Shown here one piece after another: positions 22,629 through 34,552 of a DNA stretch of 43,814 nucleotides. Made by a program: the position numbers and the translations under genes. The stretch is from positions 1 to 43,814 of the forward strand of contig MCFE01000703.1 in assembly GCA_002104905.1 (NCBI GenBank). The letters run 5' to 3'. Every line of letters starts with the position of its first letter. Positions within the stretch are counted from its first letter, which is position 1. The stretch is from Basidiobolus meristosporus CBS 931.73 (taxonomy: Eukaryota > Fungi > Basidiobolomycota). The notes beneath the pieces are model-generated. The model saw nothing but the letters and a program-made list of their open reading frames with translations. It ran no database searches and had not been told where the DNA came from.

Positions 22629-22639
22629 GGCTCATAACC
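22629..22639 (-). promoter_or_regulatory. PBS GGTTATGAGCC (complementary to tRNA-iMet anticodon stem-loop)
   Basis: Directly abuts the 5' LTR; motif type known from Drosophila copia and yeast Ty5 half-tRNA priming. Confidence 0.85.
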
Positions 22640-23008
22640 TGTTGCAATTTAAGAAGTGATTTGGATGCAGGGAACTTATCAAGAAGTAGTGATAATAGTT
22701 GAACTGTTGTTTATTCATAAAGAAGCTCAGTATTTACATCTTTGTAGAAGTAGTACAGCTGTAACACTAAGTAGGGAGGGTTTCTCAATATTCAGGAACA
22801 TTCTGTAACAGCTTCAGTGTTAGTACATAATGTTTGGTAATAGTGCTAATTTGATCCTGACTATAGGGGAATAATCATAAGATCATATATCTGGAGAAAT
22901 TGGCAAAGTTAAGGCAGTAAATAAGTCCTACAGTGACTAAGACTAGTCTGGAGTTGTTAAGTAAATTTTTAGCTGCTGAATGATACCAAATAGTCCAATA
23001 TTTCAACA
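22640..23008 (-). repeat. Copia-A 5' LTR
   Basis: 369 bp, homologous to 18325-18693. Confidence 0.95.
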
Positions 23009-24018
23009 GGATAATGCTCATGCAACAGGTCAAGGGCATTCTACTTGGCCTTGAGTTCCTGATGGTCCCATGGTATGCTGGCCTTAAGGTGATGCTGTGC
23101 TAGACTTCATATGACCACTTAAATATTAGTATACTCTTCACCATTGTACTCAGTAGCTTCATCAATCTTCAATGTCTTTTAATTTTTAACCTAGGGTACA
23201 AACACCACAGTCACTCTCTCCCATGATGTGGTAGGTTTTTTTGTGGGCATTTTCTTTGGGCACCATTATTGTGCTTCAAAGACTTTATGGTATTTCTCTA
23301 CTGATACATTGGGAAATGGCTCAATTCTTGGCTGTGACAATGAGCTACTTAAGTTCCTTCTTTGCAGCAAATACACTGCATTCTTTACCAGAAATATTGT
23401 TTGCTATACACATATTATCCACTCATCTTGCTTCATAACTATTTCCTGATTCTCTGTGCCATTGTATTTATCCTAGCAGCCATTCACCTAATTACCTCAT
23501 TAGTACTTTGGTATAAGCTGACAACATAGTTGCTAATAAATGTGGTGATGATGCTATGATGGCTACTTGCTGGTCTTCAACTAAAGGAGCTGCATTTGCT
23601 GCATTAGCATCTGCATAGACATTATGGTGAGCTTTTGGCTTTGCAGATATTCTCATTTGCTTAATTGAGTGAAAGCCTGGAGAGTCTGCATTATTACCAT
23701 TAGTAGGCACACTTTCAACATGGCCTTTTTTGGATGAAGCCCTGCTTGTTGCACTAAATGTCAAAGCAAGCTAGTGTGCAACCATTCTTCCATTGCTGCC
23801 AACAGTGGAGTATGGTTGGGAACCAGGCAACTTTGCATTAACCTTTAGTGGCATATATATGGAAGTGAGTCAAGCCTAAGGGTAAATGGTGTTACACATA
23901 TTTGTGTATTTAATGCTACAACTTTACTCATAATGATTACTATGGCAGGTCAGTATTAGAACTTACACTCAGGTAGGTTCAATGTGTCAAATATGCAATT
24001 GTCTTAAATTCACATTAG

Positions 24019-24716
24019 TGTTGTACATCAAGTTTAGAACTTGGCCAATTGCACTCTGTTAGAAAATCTAGTACCCTAACTGATTTTCCCTAACCCAAAC
24101 ATAACTAATCCCTGTTACAGTTTATTTTGTCACTTCTCAGAAGCTATTTTTAGCCGTTACAACTGATTAACTTTCATGTGGTCATTATGTCCTCAACTGA
24201 TCTGCTAAGCCTTTTCAAAGGATTAGTCATGTCAGATCTATCCAACCGCTTAGTAGTTGCCAAGACATCAGCTGATTAATGATGCAATTTTTCATTTATC
24301 TTATGCACCTATTAACACCCCAACAGATTTCAATTAGTCCAGTCTCTTGGCATTTACTAATTCAACTTGATCAGAAAAATATAAATAAAGATTCCTGAAC
24401 CTTTTGGTTTAGTGTGTGTCCCAACAAAATTAAGATTGTGCCCCAGCAAAATCAAGACTTCAACAATTCTGTTCTAGTTTCCAACCAAACCTAGCATATC
24501 TAGCATTCCCAAGAGCACAAAGCCTAACCTGTATAGCAAACCAACTCTGTTGCCATTATAGCCCAACTCAACTATACACAAAACCAACATCAGACCAGAA
24601 CTTCTCTGCTAATATTACTGTCACCCTTGACAATTCTAAGATTCTGCGCTTAGTTATCACTTAGGTTCAGTTAACTCATTCAATAGTTTTATTACACTTT
24701 TTGCTTGGATACAACA
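24019..24716. repeat. probable solo LTR of a third family (698 bp)
   Basis: TGTTGTA...TACAACA 7-bp terminal inversion; non-coding; interrupts CMC homology; TSD only 3/5 (ATTAG/GTTTG). Confidence 0.55.
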
Positions 24717-25114
24717 GTTTGGGCAAGAAGCCAAAATGAGAAGGATGGAATGGATACAGTTGAGATTGCAAGGATCTTGCTATTCAATAATGGCACTTAT
24801 CTGTACTTGTGACCTTGTGTCAACTGATTGAGGTGAGTTTATGATTCCTGTAGGCTCACATCAGCCCTTTCAATATGTCATATAGAGAGATAGCGCTGAA
24901 GGAGAAGACTCACTGATGGTTTGTGAGCCTGTCTCCCCTATCTGTAATGCTCTGCATGATTTCAGTAAAACCTCAATATGCAATGTGTCAACATTAGTAG
25001 AACAAAATTCCAAGGACACTTTATGTAGCCAAGTGAGCCCAGTTATCCATCTAATAGTGAATGATAGGATGTTGTGGCTAGAAAAGTGGTGTTTTTTCAT
25101 AAATATCACTAATG

Positions 25115-25433
25115 CTTACAAAAAATCTCAAATTTAAAGTTTGTTTGAGATTGAGCAAATATTCTGCTAGTATTCTAGTAGTATTTTGCTGGTATTCAGC
25201 TTGTGTTTTTGGTTCTGAATTTCAAATGCAATTTCAATGGAAATAATTGGCAGCTATTTATTAAATATGGCATGGATGCTAGTTGGCCAAGGCTCCTCCG
25301 GGGTGATTGTTTGCTTGCCTGTCCATTAGCTAACAACAGAGATATTGAGAATTGACAAGTTTAAAAACTTGGAATTTAGCTGATATAATGATTATTTATT
25401 GCCGGCCTGTTCATGATTTTTTTCTTCTTTGGG
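25115..25433. mobile_element. MITE-like non-autonomous element (319 bp), TSD AATG
   Basis: AATG at 25111-25114 and 25434-25437; removal restores the transposase frame; ends in GGG; internal GCTGGTATT repeats; second copy at 34821-35125. Confidence 0.7.
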
Positions 25434-25494
25434 AATGTGGGCCTTGCAGATTTACTACTTCTTCTTGCCAAAATCATTCCATGGTGCAACTCAC

Positions 25495-25843
25495 AGTGGT
25501 AAAAGTTTGTAATTCCACCTAAGTACTCACCTAACTTAGTCACTTAGATCATTATCTTCAAGTCCTAGAGAATACTGACCAAATTCCTTGTCAGGATTTA
25601 CCTGTAATATTTTCACCAAAATACCAGGTACCCAGAACATGAAAATTCTCAAAGTTGTCCAAACAGCCCCAAGCTTTGCACACATGTTCTTGGGACCTTC
25701 CTTAGCCTATTCTACGTGCTTGTAATGCCATGTATTGTGTAAAAGTATAAATACTACATTACACTCAACAGATCATTAAGTGAAAACAAATTAATCTACT
25801 TGTTCTCCCAATCACTTCTAATATCTCCAAGACTCTTACAACA
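25495..25843 (+). repeat. Copia-B1 5' LTR (left end degenerate)
   Basis: Ends CTCTTACAACA; homologous to rc of 38771-39119. Confidence 0.88.
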
Positions 25844-25855
25844 GGTTATGAGCCC
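25844..25855 (+). promoter_or_regulatory. PBS GGTTATGAGCCC (half-tRNA-iMet type)
   Basis: Abuts the LTR; identical at 43093-43104 (- strand). Confidence 0.85.
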
Positions 25856-26269
25856 CAAGCTGTCACTCTCTGCAAGGTCTACTACTGCTATTACTTGAAT
25901 CTTTCCCTCTGCTGAGAAGTTGGATGGATCTAACTACAAAGTGTGGAAGGTGAAGATGAAGATGCTGCCACAAGAAAGTGGCCTTTGGGATATTGTCATG
26001 GGAGAAGAATGCCCTCCTAAAAACATGGGAGAGGAAGCCTTAAAGAACCAGAAGAAAGAACAAAGTGCCTTTAACTGCATTTGCCTTAATGTTAAGGACA
26101 AATTGCTAATTGAAAGCTCTAGAGCAAAAACAGCAAAGAATGCCTGGAATGCTTTGGAAGACACCTACCAGTCATGTTCAGCTGCTAAGAAAATGTATCT
26201 GAGATGAAATATTCACTACAAAAATGCTGCCAGGAGAGGAAATGAAAAATCTAATTAACAGAATTACCC

Positions 26270-26685
26270 TGCTGGTAGATGAGATGGAATCTGTGGGTGT
26301 ACCAACTACTGATGAGGATGTGATAGTTACCATCCTGAATAGCCTGACAGACAAGTTTCAGGGCCTTGTATCAGCCCTAGAGTCCAGAACTGAAGATTTG
26401 ACCTTAAATTACGTATATGGAAGGCTCCTGGATGAAGAATTAAGAAAATCAAGCGCCAATAAGAAGGAAGAAGAAAATGCTGGTAAATGAGATGGAATCT
26501 GTGGGTGTACCAACTACTGATGAGGATGTGATAGTTACCATCCTAAATAGCCTGACAGACAAGTTTCAGGACCTTGTATCAGCCCTAGAGTCCAGAACTG
26601 AAGATTTGACCTTGAATTATGTATATGAAAGGCTCCTGAATGAAGAATTAAGAAAATCAAGCGCCAATAAGAAGGAACAAGAAAA
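26270..26685 (+). repeat. 208-bp tandem duplication in Copia-B1 gag
   Basis: TGCT microhomology at 26270, 26478, 26686; unit seen once in Copia-B2. Confidence 0.92.
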
Positions 26686-28590
26686 TGCTTTAATAAGCAA
26701 TGATAACCAACAAAGGAGGTACCTAAGACCTACAAAGGCAACAGCAACCTGTTTTGCAACTACTGCAAAAGGAAAGGACACACATCAGACCAGTGCTTCA
26801 AAAAGAAAGAAAGTAAGCAAAAAAGCCTGAATATGGAAATGCGGCAACAACTGAAGATAGACTATGCATATCTGCACTAAATATGACCACAAACAAGGAA
26901 TCTCAGACATGATATATTGACTCTGGAGCATCTCTACTATTTACACACCAAAAAGAACTTTTACCCAATGTCAAGAAATTCCAATTATGAAGGTTTTCAT
27001 GGATGACAATAGAACACTTGATGCAGTGGGAGAAGGAACTATCCAAGTAAATCTAAGAAGCAGTGAAGGAAGCCATACACTGACCTTTAAAGAAGTTCTC
27101 TAAGTACCAGAAATAGTGAAGAACCTACCACCTATAAGTATGGCCACTGCAGAAGGACTCATTTTCAGCTTTGACAATTCTGGATGCAAGATCACTGATC
27201 TAAATGGTGCCCATATTGCTTCAGGTATCAGAGATCAGAATCTATACAAGTTGACTTATTTTCCATTATACCTGGAAGCCAATATAAGTAACTCAAATGA
27301 AGAAACACCAATGCTTTGGCACAGGAGATTTGGGCACATCAATTTTGATTATTTGCGCAAAATGATCAAAGATCAGCTAATTTCTGGAGTAAAAATTGAT
27401 CCTGCAACTAATTTGGAGCACTGTGAAGCCTGCATATATGGGAAACAAGCCTGACAATTGTTCAAGAGCTTCAGGTTGATCAAAACTAAGAAAAAATTAG
27501 ATCTAATTCACTCAGATCTGTGTGGACCAATGCAAAATTTATCCTTAGGTGGGATGAGGTATTTAATCACCTTTATTGATGATTAAAACAGATACACATG
27601 GATCTACCTCATGGAGAGAGAGAAAGAAGCTCTGTCTAAGTTCAGGGAGTTTAAAGCCATGCTGGAGAGAGAAATTGGTGAAAAAATCATGAAAATACAC
27701 TCTGACAATGGTGGAGAATATACCTCAAAACTCTTCATCTACTTCTGCAAAATCTATGGGATAAAGCAGGAGACTACTGTACCATACTCCCCACAGCAAA
27801 ATGGGGTAGCAGAATGTGCTAACAGATCAATCATTGATACAACAAGATCTATGATCTATGATCAAAAATTATCCCATGATTCTTGGGTGGAATCAGTTGC
27901 CACTACTGTATATCTTATAAACAGGAGTTCTTACAGAATACTTTATGATTCCACTCCATATGAGGCATGGTATGGATACAGACCAAGTGCTGAACAACTA
28001 AGAATATTTGGGTGTTCAGCATATCCCAAGAAACTGCCTGGAAATCAGTCAAGATTTGAGCCAAAAAGTGTAAAATGCATATTTTTGGGCTACTGCAATC
28101 AGAGTAAGGCATACAGACTCTACAATACCACAGCAAAGAAGCTGATCAAGTCCAGGGATGTGTTGTTTGATGAAATTCAAAATTTTCACAAAAAATGACA
28201 TCAGATGATGACAAAAATTTGATCTCAAGTCCACCAATTGTGAGGATAGAATCAGAGCAAAACAATAAAAATTTTATCACACCAGAGGACTCTACAACTG
28301 TGGTTCAGCCAGAATTGGTGCCCAGGAATATCCCAGAAGTGATCAATCCAGTATCAAATTCCTGGAGACCCAATCAGACAAGAAATAGCCCAAATTACTA
28401 TATCAATGAGGGTACAAGCTTAGCCTATAGACTTGTTCTGTTGGATAGTGCCAGCCTGTTTATAGTGCCAGATTGATCTGGCACTATTGGGCACTATAGT
28501 TTCCACCATAATGCCAGTGGTAGAATATAGCTACTGGTAATTTTACTCAATCTTACTTATGTTGCCAGAGTAGTGCTTTCCTTGCTTTAT

Positions 28591-29241
28591 TTACTCTTCA
28601 TAATGCTCCAGACACATTTCTCTCAGTGGATGTCTTCTTGTATGAATATACTGTGCATTGATAAGTATCCTAGCTACTTTACCTATTCTGCTATTTTCTC
28701 CTCTATATGACTTTCCTCTGTATTTACCTGCCAATATGCTGAATCTCTTTAGATATCCAAACGTATGCTTTACCCTCACTCTGAAATGATTAAATATCTC
28801 ACTGTAGAGCTTCTGCTTCCTGCTAAGCACTCCATTCCTTGGCTTCCTATAAGCTGTAATATATCCTAATATCTGACAATCCTCTCCTATATAAGCTAAG
28901 TCTGCCATACATTTCTCCCCTCTACTGAATTCTGGATGATTCTCTCCCCAGAGTGCTTTGGCATGCCTACTCCCAGCAAATGGCCCACTAAACCAGATGA
29001 TGCTACCCTCAATGTCAGACAGTGCTTGAAACTTCACACAGTGTGCCTTGTACTTGCCAGAATAAAAGTGCCTCTGCCCTCTAGAAGGTCTGTTAATCCT
29101 GACTGGGAAGGTATCCAAAATACTCCTTATATGGAACCTGTTGCTGAGCACTCTGGGATATGGAAGTCTATTGGAGCTTTTGAACCTAGTACTCCAAGCT
29201 TGCCCTAAGTCATTCATACCCTCTGCAAGGTGGTTCTCCAT
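28591..29241 (-). pseudogene. DDE_Tnp_4-type (IS5/ISL2/Harbinger) transposase; N-terminus likely extends to ~29470 through stops
   Basis: ILDTFPVRINRP...FYSGKYKAHCVKFQ...SGPFAGS...ADLAYIG...RVRVKHTFGYLKRF; the expected catalytic E appears as K. Confidence 0.85.
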
Positions 29242-30316
29242 TGCTGTCTGCTAGAAATGAAAGCTTCTAGGACTTTTGTTGCCATGGATGGTGGGATGAA
29301 ACCTTGTAGGGCAATAGTTCTTGTAATATCAGAGAAGCTTAACAAGGGATCTTCTTGGGTAGAATGGGGCAGAAGGACCACAGTACTTGGTATAGATCTC
29401 CCCTAGTGTGTCAAAAGGAAGTTCAGTGGAAGTGATGGGATTGATGAGAAAAGACCATTCAGATGAGTAAGTCATATTAATATTGGTGGAGGATTTGGCT
29501 GAGGTGATTTGAATTGATTTGGCAAATCTGCTTTATTTATCTGATTTTCCATGCATTATAATTAAGCCTCCATCAATTGCAATGTATCCCATCATTATGT
29601 TGCATAAATCATCCTCAAACAGTGACTGGGTATTCTTATTGATGTTTTACTCACAAGTCTATAATCAAATAGGAAATCTGCAATTGCTGTGATCTGAACT
29701 GTGTCATGCAATCTAAGATGCATCATGCATAATATATGGAAAATTCAACAATCACGTTAGTTTTCATATGTATTTCATAGAAGACCAGGTTGATGTCAAT
29801 ACACTACTGTATTAGTATCCAAATCTGTCACTATGGTCCCTATACCAAGCCTCAACTCATCTTTAGTACAACCCAGACAAAACCCATCCCACAGTTCACA
29901 AGCATGGTCTGGACCAGAAAAGTTGATGTTGGATTTGTTTGAGTTCTTACCAAATGATTTTAGTGTGGCCCAAGTGTCTATGATGAGCCTTCATACAGAT
30001 ATTTGGGCGCTACTCATTAATCTAGCAGAACTAGATACCTTGCAGAGTAGACAGAGATGAAAGAACCTGAGTAGAAAGCTGTGGCATGAGCTCTACATCA
30101 AGATGCCAGTGGATATATGTAGAAGATATATAACACGTCAAATATTGAAATCAAGAATCAGCAGAGAGTGAGGGGATTTGATGAGGAAGCCATGTGGGAA
30201 CAATTTTACGCGCAATTTGCCCAGTATGGGCTGGACACATCTGTTTGTGCCTCAACTTTGGGAACCAAAGCAATTTTGATTGAGTTTTTGCCTCAAATGA
30301 CTAATGTATTACATGA

Positions 30317-31132
30317 TACATTTATGAGCTAAGTGGCTTCCAAGAGCAATATACACAGGCCTCATCCAGGCAACAGTTCCAAAGTATTAGACAGAGGGTA
30401 AGTGAATACCTTGAGGAACAAGATGGTGAGCTTCAAGAGGAAGAATACAAACCGCAAGCAACATTGTCTAGATCACGCCAGCATGCCTTACTGGATTTCT
30501 TACCATCCCTTGCAACATTGTCTAGATCATGCCAGCATGCCTTGCTGGATTCCTTACCATCCCTTGCAACATCAGCACACTGGCGCATGTCAGTCCAAAC
30601 TACTCCAACACCCTTCACAAGAGTGCCCTGCATTGACTCAATGCATATTGGGGCAATGGGTGCGCCTCAGAGCAAAGCCACCAGAACCCGCCAAACTGCT
30701 CAAAAAGACACAAGTCCATTGGAGCTGGGCAAGTTGGGTCAACAAGCAGTTTCACATCAAACTCAGCCAAGGGCCATGCCAGCACATCAAGTTGCATCTG
30801 TGCATACCATAACACCTGACCATCAGCAAGTTTCTTCTGGTGAACTGACAGATGATGACCTATATGAAGTGCCTCCACCACCAGAGCCTTTGGCAAGTAA
30901 AAGAACGCATCAGCACATAGCACTGCAGGCCAGCTCAGTTGCATTATCTGGAGCAATTCAGCACAGCCAAGCTGCAACATTGCACTCATCAACTAGGAGG
31001 CAAAATACTGGCTACAACTACACAAGTAGCCAAGAGGATAGTCAGCAAGAAAGTAGTTTAGGTGTGCAAAGTGAATCACTACCAAATGCTTCAGTAGTAA
31101 TCCCTGTGAGAAAAAAGCGTAGGAGAAGATGA
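30317..31132 (+). CDS. PHIS ORF2 (C-terminal open part; Q/S-rich, ends in basic NLS-like RKKRRRR)
   Basis: Stop-free frame 30317-31132, divergent from the transposase, as expected for the second PHIS ORF; a possible Myb-like start (MVWTRKVDVGFV at 29904) is stop-ridden and unconfirmed. Confidence 0.5.
   Translation, partial: YIYELSGFQEQYTQASSRQQFQSIRQRVSEYLEEQDGELQEEEYKPQATLSRSRQHALLDFLPSLATLSRSCQHALLDSLPSLATSAHWRMSVQTTPTPFTRVPCIDSMHIGAMGAPQSKATRTRQTAQKDTSPLELGKLGQQAVSHQTQPRAMPAHQVASVHTITPDHQQVSSGELTDDDLYEVPPPPEPLASKRTHQHIALQASSVALSGAIQHSQAATLHSSTRRQNTGYNYTSSQEDSQQESSLGVQSESLPNASVVIPVRKKRRRR
30458..30572 (+). repeat. 54-bp in-frame tandem repeat (ATLSRSRQHALLDFLPSL x2)
   Basis: GCAACAT recurs at 30458, 30512, 30566. 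Confidence 0.9.
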
Positions 31133-34100
31133 TGAGATTGCATTGAATTGCTATTATTTGTAATAATCCAAACTACGCATTTTTTTGCAATCCACATTGA
31201 GCCATTGCAAATCAGTGATCATTAAATTTTTGATATAAGCTATATCAAGCTTGTCTCACATTTGAGACAGGACCCCTAATGATAAACACCTGGTGTGGTG
31301 GTGTATAGGTCCAAGGGAGAGATACATCCAACACATCTCAAGTGTTTTGTGTGTGGGGTGTTCACTGGGTGCAATAACCTCTGGCAAAAGCTTGCTAGGA
31401 ATACTTGGGTTCTGTTTCTATTCTAATGTGAAGGGGAATAAAGCCACAAGCTTGTCAAGGGAAAACTATTTAGCTACATTCCCCAACTTGGTTGGTGTCT
31501 TAACAAAAGTATGTGCTGGGTTCAGTGTCCTTTGAGATGACAATGTACTAAAGCTTCCAAAGTCAAACCAACTGTAAACTCCACCAGCAGGGACTTGATA
31601 AGAATGCAGCTATGGTCAATAGTTACAAAGACAGAAAAGTATCTTTGCCTGTACAAGAACAAACTTGAGAAAGAATCAAATATAATAAAAGATACCTACT
31701 CTGAGTATTCCTCACAAGTAGTGCCTCCAAGGTCAGTTGGCTGTCAGCACGGTTTCCTGGGAGTGTCCTGTGGTCTGGGGTTGGAAGTTCAGGTAGCAGC
31801 AGGTAGCAGTGATCACACTAATCAACAAGTCGGTATATTGATAAAAGGGATGATGATTTATTGTAGAGGGATAGCCTCCCTTATATACTTTTCTCACTGG
31901 CTAAGTGATTACTAATCATGGTGTTCCAGAAGGTTCCGGATATCAATAGAAATCTTAATGACATCAGAATGACCTAAGAATGTTCTAAGTAGGTGCTGGA
32001 AAGTTCTAAGAGGCACAGCACATCCAACCAATCAGGAATCAGTATTCTGAAACCTGTGTAACATGGGGATACCATATATGGTATGGAAATGGTAGGGATG
32101 GTGACATGGGTTGATCATGTGTCACGGGTACTGGCGCGGGTACTTGCCTAATATAGAAGTACTTGTAGCTAGTAATCTTACATAAAGTGAGGGGTAACTT
32201 ATGCAATAAGGTAAGCAGGTGTGATAGTCAACCGGTTTATGGGATAGTACTGATTGGGTAAGACAAATGGGATAAAACTAAAATGAGTGTAGTAGAGATA
32301 TAGGGAAGTAGAAAATAAGGGAATGAGCACATCTGTCAGTGGGTATCCCTGTCACCCCACTACACCGGCATATGTATACATCATCTGTGTCACCAGTGCA
32401 GCTATTTGATCTGATTTGCACCCAAACAATTGGTTGTGTGCTAGCTATGACATCTTGTCCAATCACTGGGATCAGGAATTTACTTCTTAATGAGCAAAAT
32501 GGGATATTTGATGGCAAATCAGGTAGCTTGTGTATTGGTCAAAGAGCCAATTGAGGGCTGACAGCTTCAGGATACATTTGGATCAATTAACTACTGAGAT
32601 ACCATCCAATTGGAGTGATGGTAACTAAAATGGTAATTATCAGTGTAGTTTATAGTGTGATACGCATTTATTTCCATTTATACTAAAGAAACATATTCAA
32701 ATACCAGATCTTACCTACCATAATAGCGGTATCCAATTGCACACGTGATGCAAACATTACAAGTGGGTGCAATCATTTGTGCCAACCTCATTGTGTCAGA
32801 TTGTGCCATAGTGTGCAAGATTGTCCCACATGGTGCAAAATTGTCCAAGAGCAATTCTGCCTACTGGTAGCTACAATATTGCGCCCAATTGTTCTTAGAG
32901 ACCACAGATTCCGCTGTGCGCCTTGGCACAGTACAATGGAACAAGTCTTATGCCTATTCAGTCCTAATGATGAGCCCCAGACTGTAAAAGAGGCCCTAAA
33001 AGCCCTCAGATGAAGTTTTGGAGATCTGCAATGACTGAGGAATATCAGGCCCTGATGGAAAATCAAACTTGGGACTTAGTCAAATTACCAATCAACCAAA
33101 AATCAATTGGATCCAGATGGGTCTTCAAGAAAAAATACAAGGCTGATGGTACAATTGAAAGATACAAAGCAAGACTTGTGGCCAAAGGATACTCTCAATC
33201 AAAAGGACTTGACTATAACAAAACCTTTGCACAAGTAGCCAAGTTTAATTCCATCATATTAATGTTGGCTATTGCAGCCAAATATAAGTTTTTATTCACC
33301 AAATGGATGTAAAAACTGCATTTTTGAATGGAGAATTTGATGAGAATGTTAATATGGACCAGCCTGATGGGTTTATTGACCAAGATAACCCCCATTTGGT
33401 CTGCAAGCTTAAAAAGTCACTATATGGTCTCAAACAATCACCAAGAGCCTGGAATTGCAAGATAGACTCTTAGTTAGAATCTTTGAATTTCAAAAGGAGT
33501 AATGCTGACTATAGTATATACTATAAGCCAGATAGAGCAAATCCAGTTCTATTAGCTCTATATGTGGATGATCTTATTATTACTGCCAATAACCTAGCAA
33601 CATTAGAAGAGACTAAATATAGGCTATCTAAGGAGTTCAAGATGTCCAATCTGGGAGAACTCAGTTACTACTTAGGGATTAAGTTTTTCATAGACAGATG
33701 TACCCAGACTATTACCCTAAGCCAATTCAAGTATATTCAAGATGTACTAAAGAAGTACCAAATGAAAGACTGTAAACCAGCAGCTACCTCAATGGAGACA
33801 AACATTAACTTGGTCAAAACTCAACCAAATCAAGAGAGCGTGATGCTATCTGAAAGCCCTGACTTTCCTTATCAATCAATGGTTGGTAGTCTGATGTATA
33901 TCATGCTTGGAACATGTCCAGATATCTCATATTCAGTGGGAGTTGTCAGCCAGCATAATCAGAACTATGGATCTGATCATATTGCAGCAGTTAAGCTGAT
34001 TTTTAGATACCTAAAAGGAACTGCTGATATCTGCTTAAGATACACTTATAAGGATTCAGAACAGGATCTTGTGGGATACTCTGATGCTGATTGGGGATGG

Positions 34101-34552
34101 GATTTGGAAGACAGAATATCCACTACAGGATACACATTTCTTTACTGTAAAGGAGCAATTTCATGGAATTCAAGAAAGCAACCAACCATAGCACTTTCTA
34201 CCACACAGGCAGCGTACATGGCAGCCTGTGAAGCTACAAAAGAAGCAATGTGGTCAAGAAAGCTCTTTACAGATTTAGGCCTATGTCAAAAAACATCTAT
34301 TACTTTATTTCAAGATAATCTAGGATATATACAATTAGGTAGAAATCCAACTTTTCATGATAGAACCAAGCACATAGATATTAGACATCAATTCATATGT
34401 GAAGCTATAGAAACTAACTTAGTTAGCTTAGTTTACTGTCCTGCAGATGAAATGATTGCAGACATATTTACCAAATCATTAGCTAGAGACAAGTTTGAAT
34501 ATCTTAGGTCAAAATTAGGACTAGTCAGTATGAGCATTTAGCTGAGTAGGAG

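Larger units (their letters stand above)
18325..23008 (-). mobile_element. complete Ty1/copia element, family A (4684 bp), TSD GGATA
   Basis: 369-bp LTRs (~95% identical), GGATA at 18320-18324 and 23009-23013, order gag-PR-IN-RT-RH. Confidence 0.97.
17031..25494 (+). mobile_element. CMC copy IV (ORF2 on -, transposase N-terminus on +), interrupted by Copia-A, a solo LTR and a MITE
   Basis: 17050-18324 is the rc homolog of 6900-8360; continuous across the Copia-A TSD; 24800-25494 gives LCSQVSPVIHLIVNDRMLWLEKWC...LLLLAKII. Confidence 0.8.
28429..32948. mobile_element. PIF/Harbinger-ISL2EU-like (PHIS) DNA transposon, 4520 bp, TSD TAT
   Basis: 25-bp TIRs with 20/25 identity (28429-28453, 32924-32948); TAT at 28426-28428 and 32949-32951; removal restores TTAGCC-TAT-GCCTATTCAGTC as in Copia-B2; subterminal (T/A)GTGCCA repeats. 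Confidence 0.92.
25875..34541 (+). pseudogene. Copia-B1 gag-pol, fragmented and split by insertion 28429-32948
   Basis: ORF fragments 25920, 26224, 27116, 27611, 33010, 33483 carry gag, integrase (SDNGGEY, QQNGVAE), RT (YVDDL) and RNase H (DADWG, RTKHIDIR) motifs. Confidence 0.93.
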
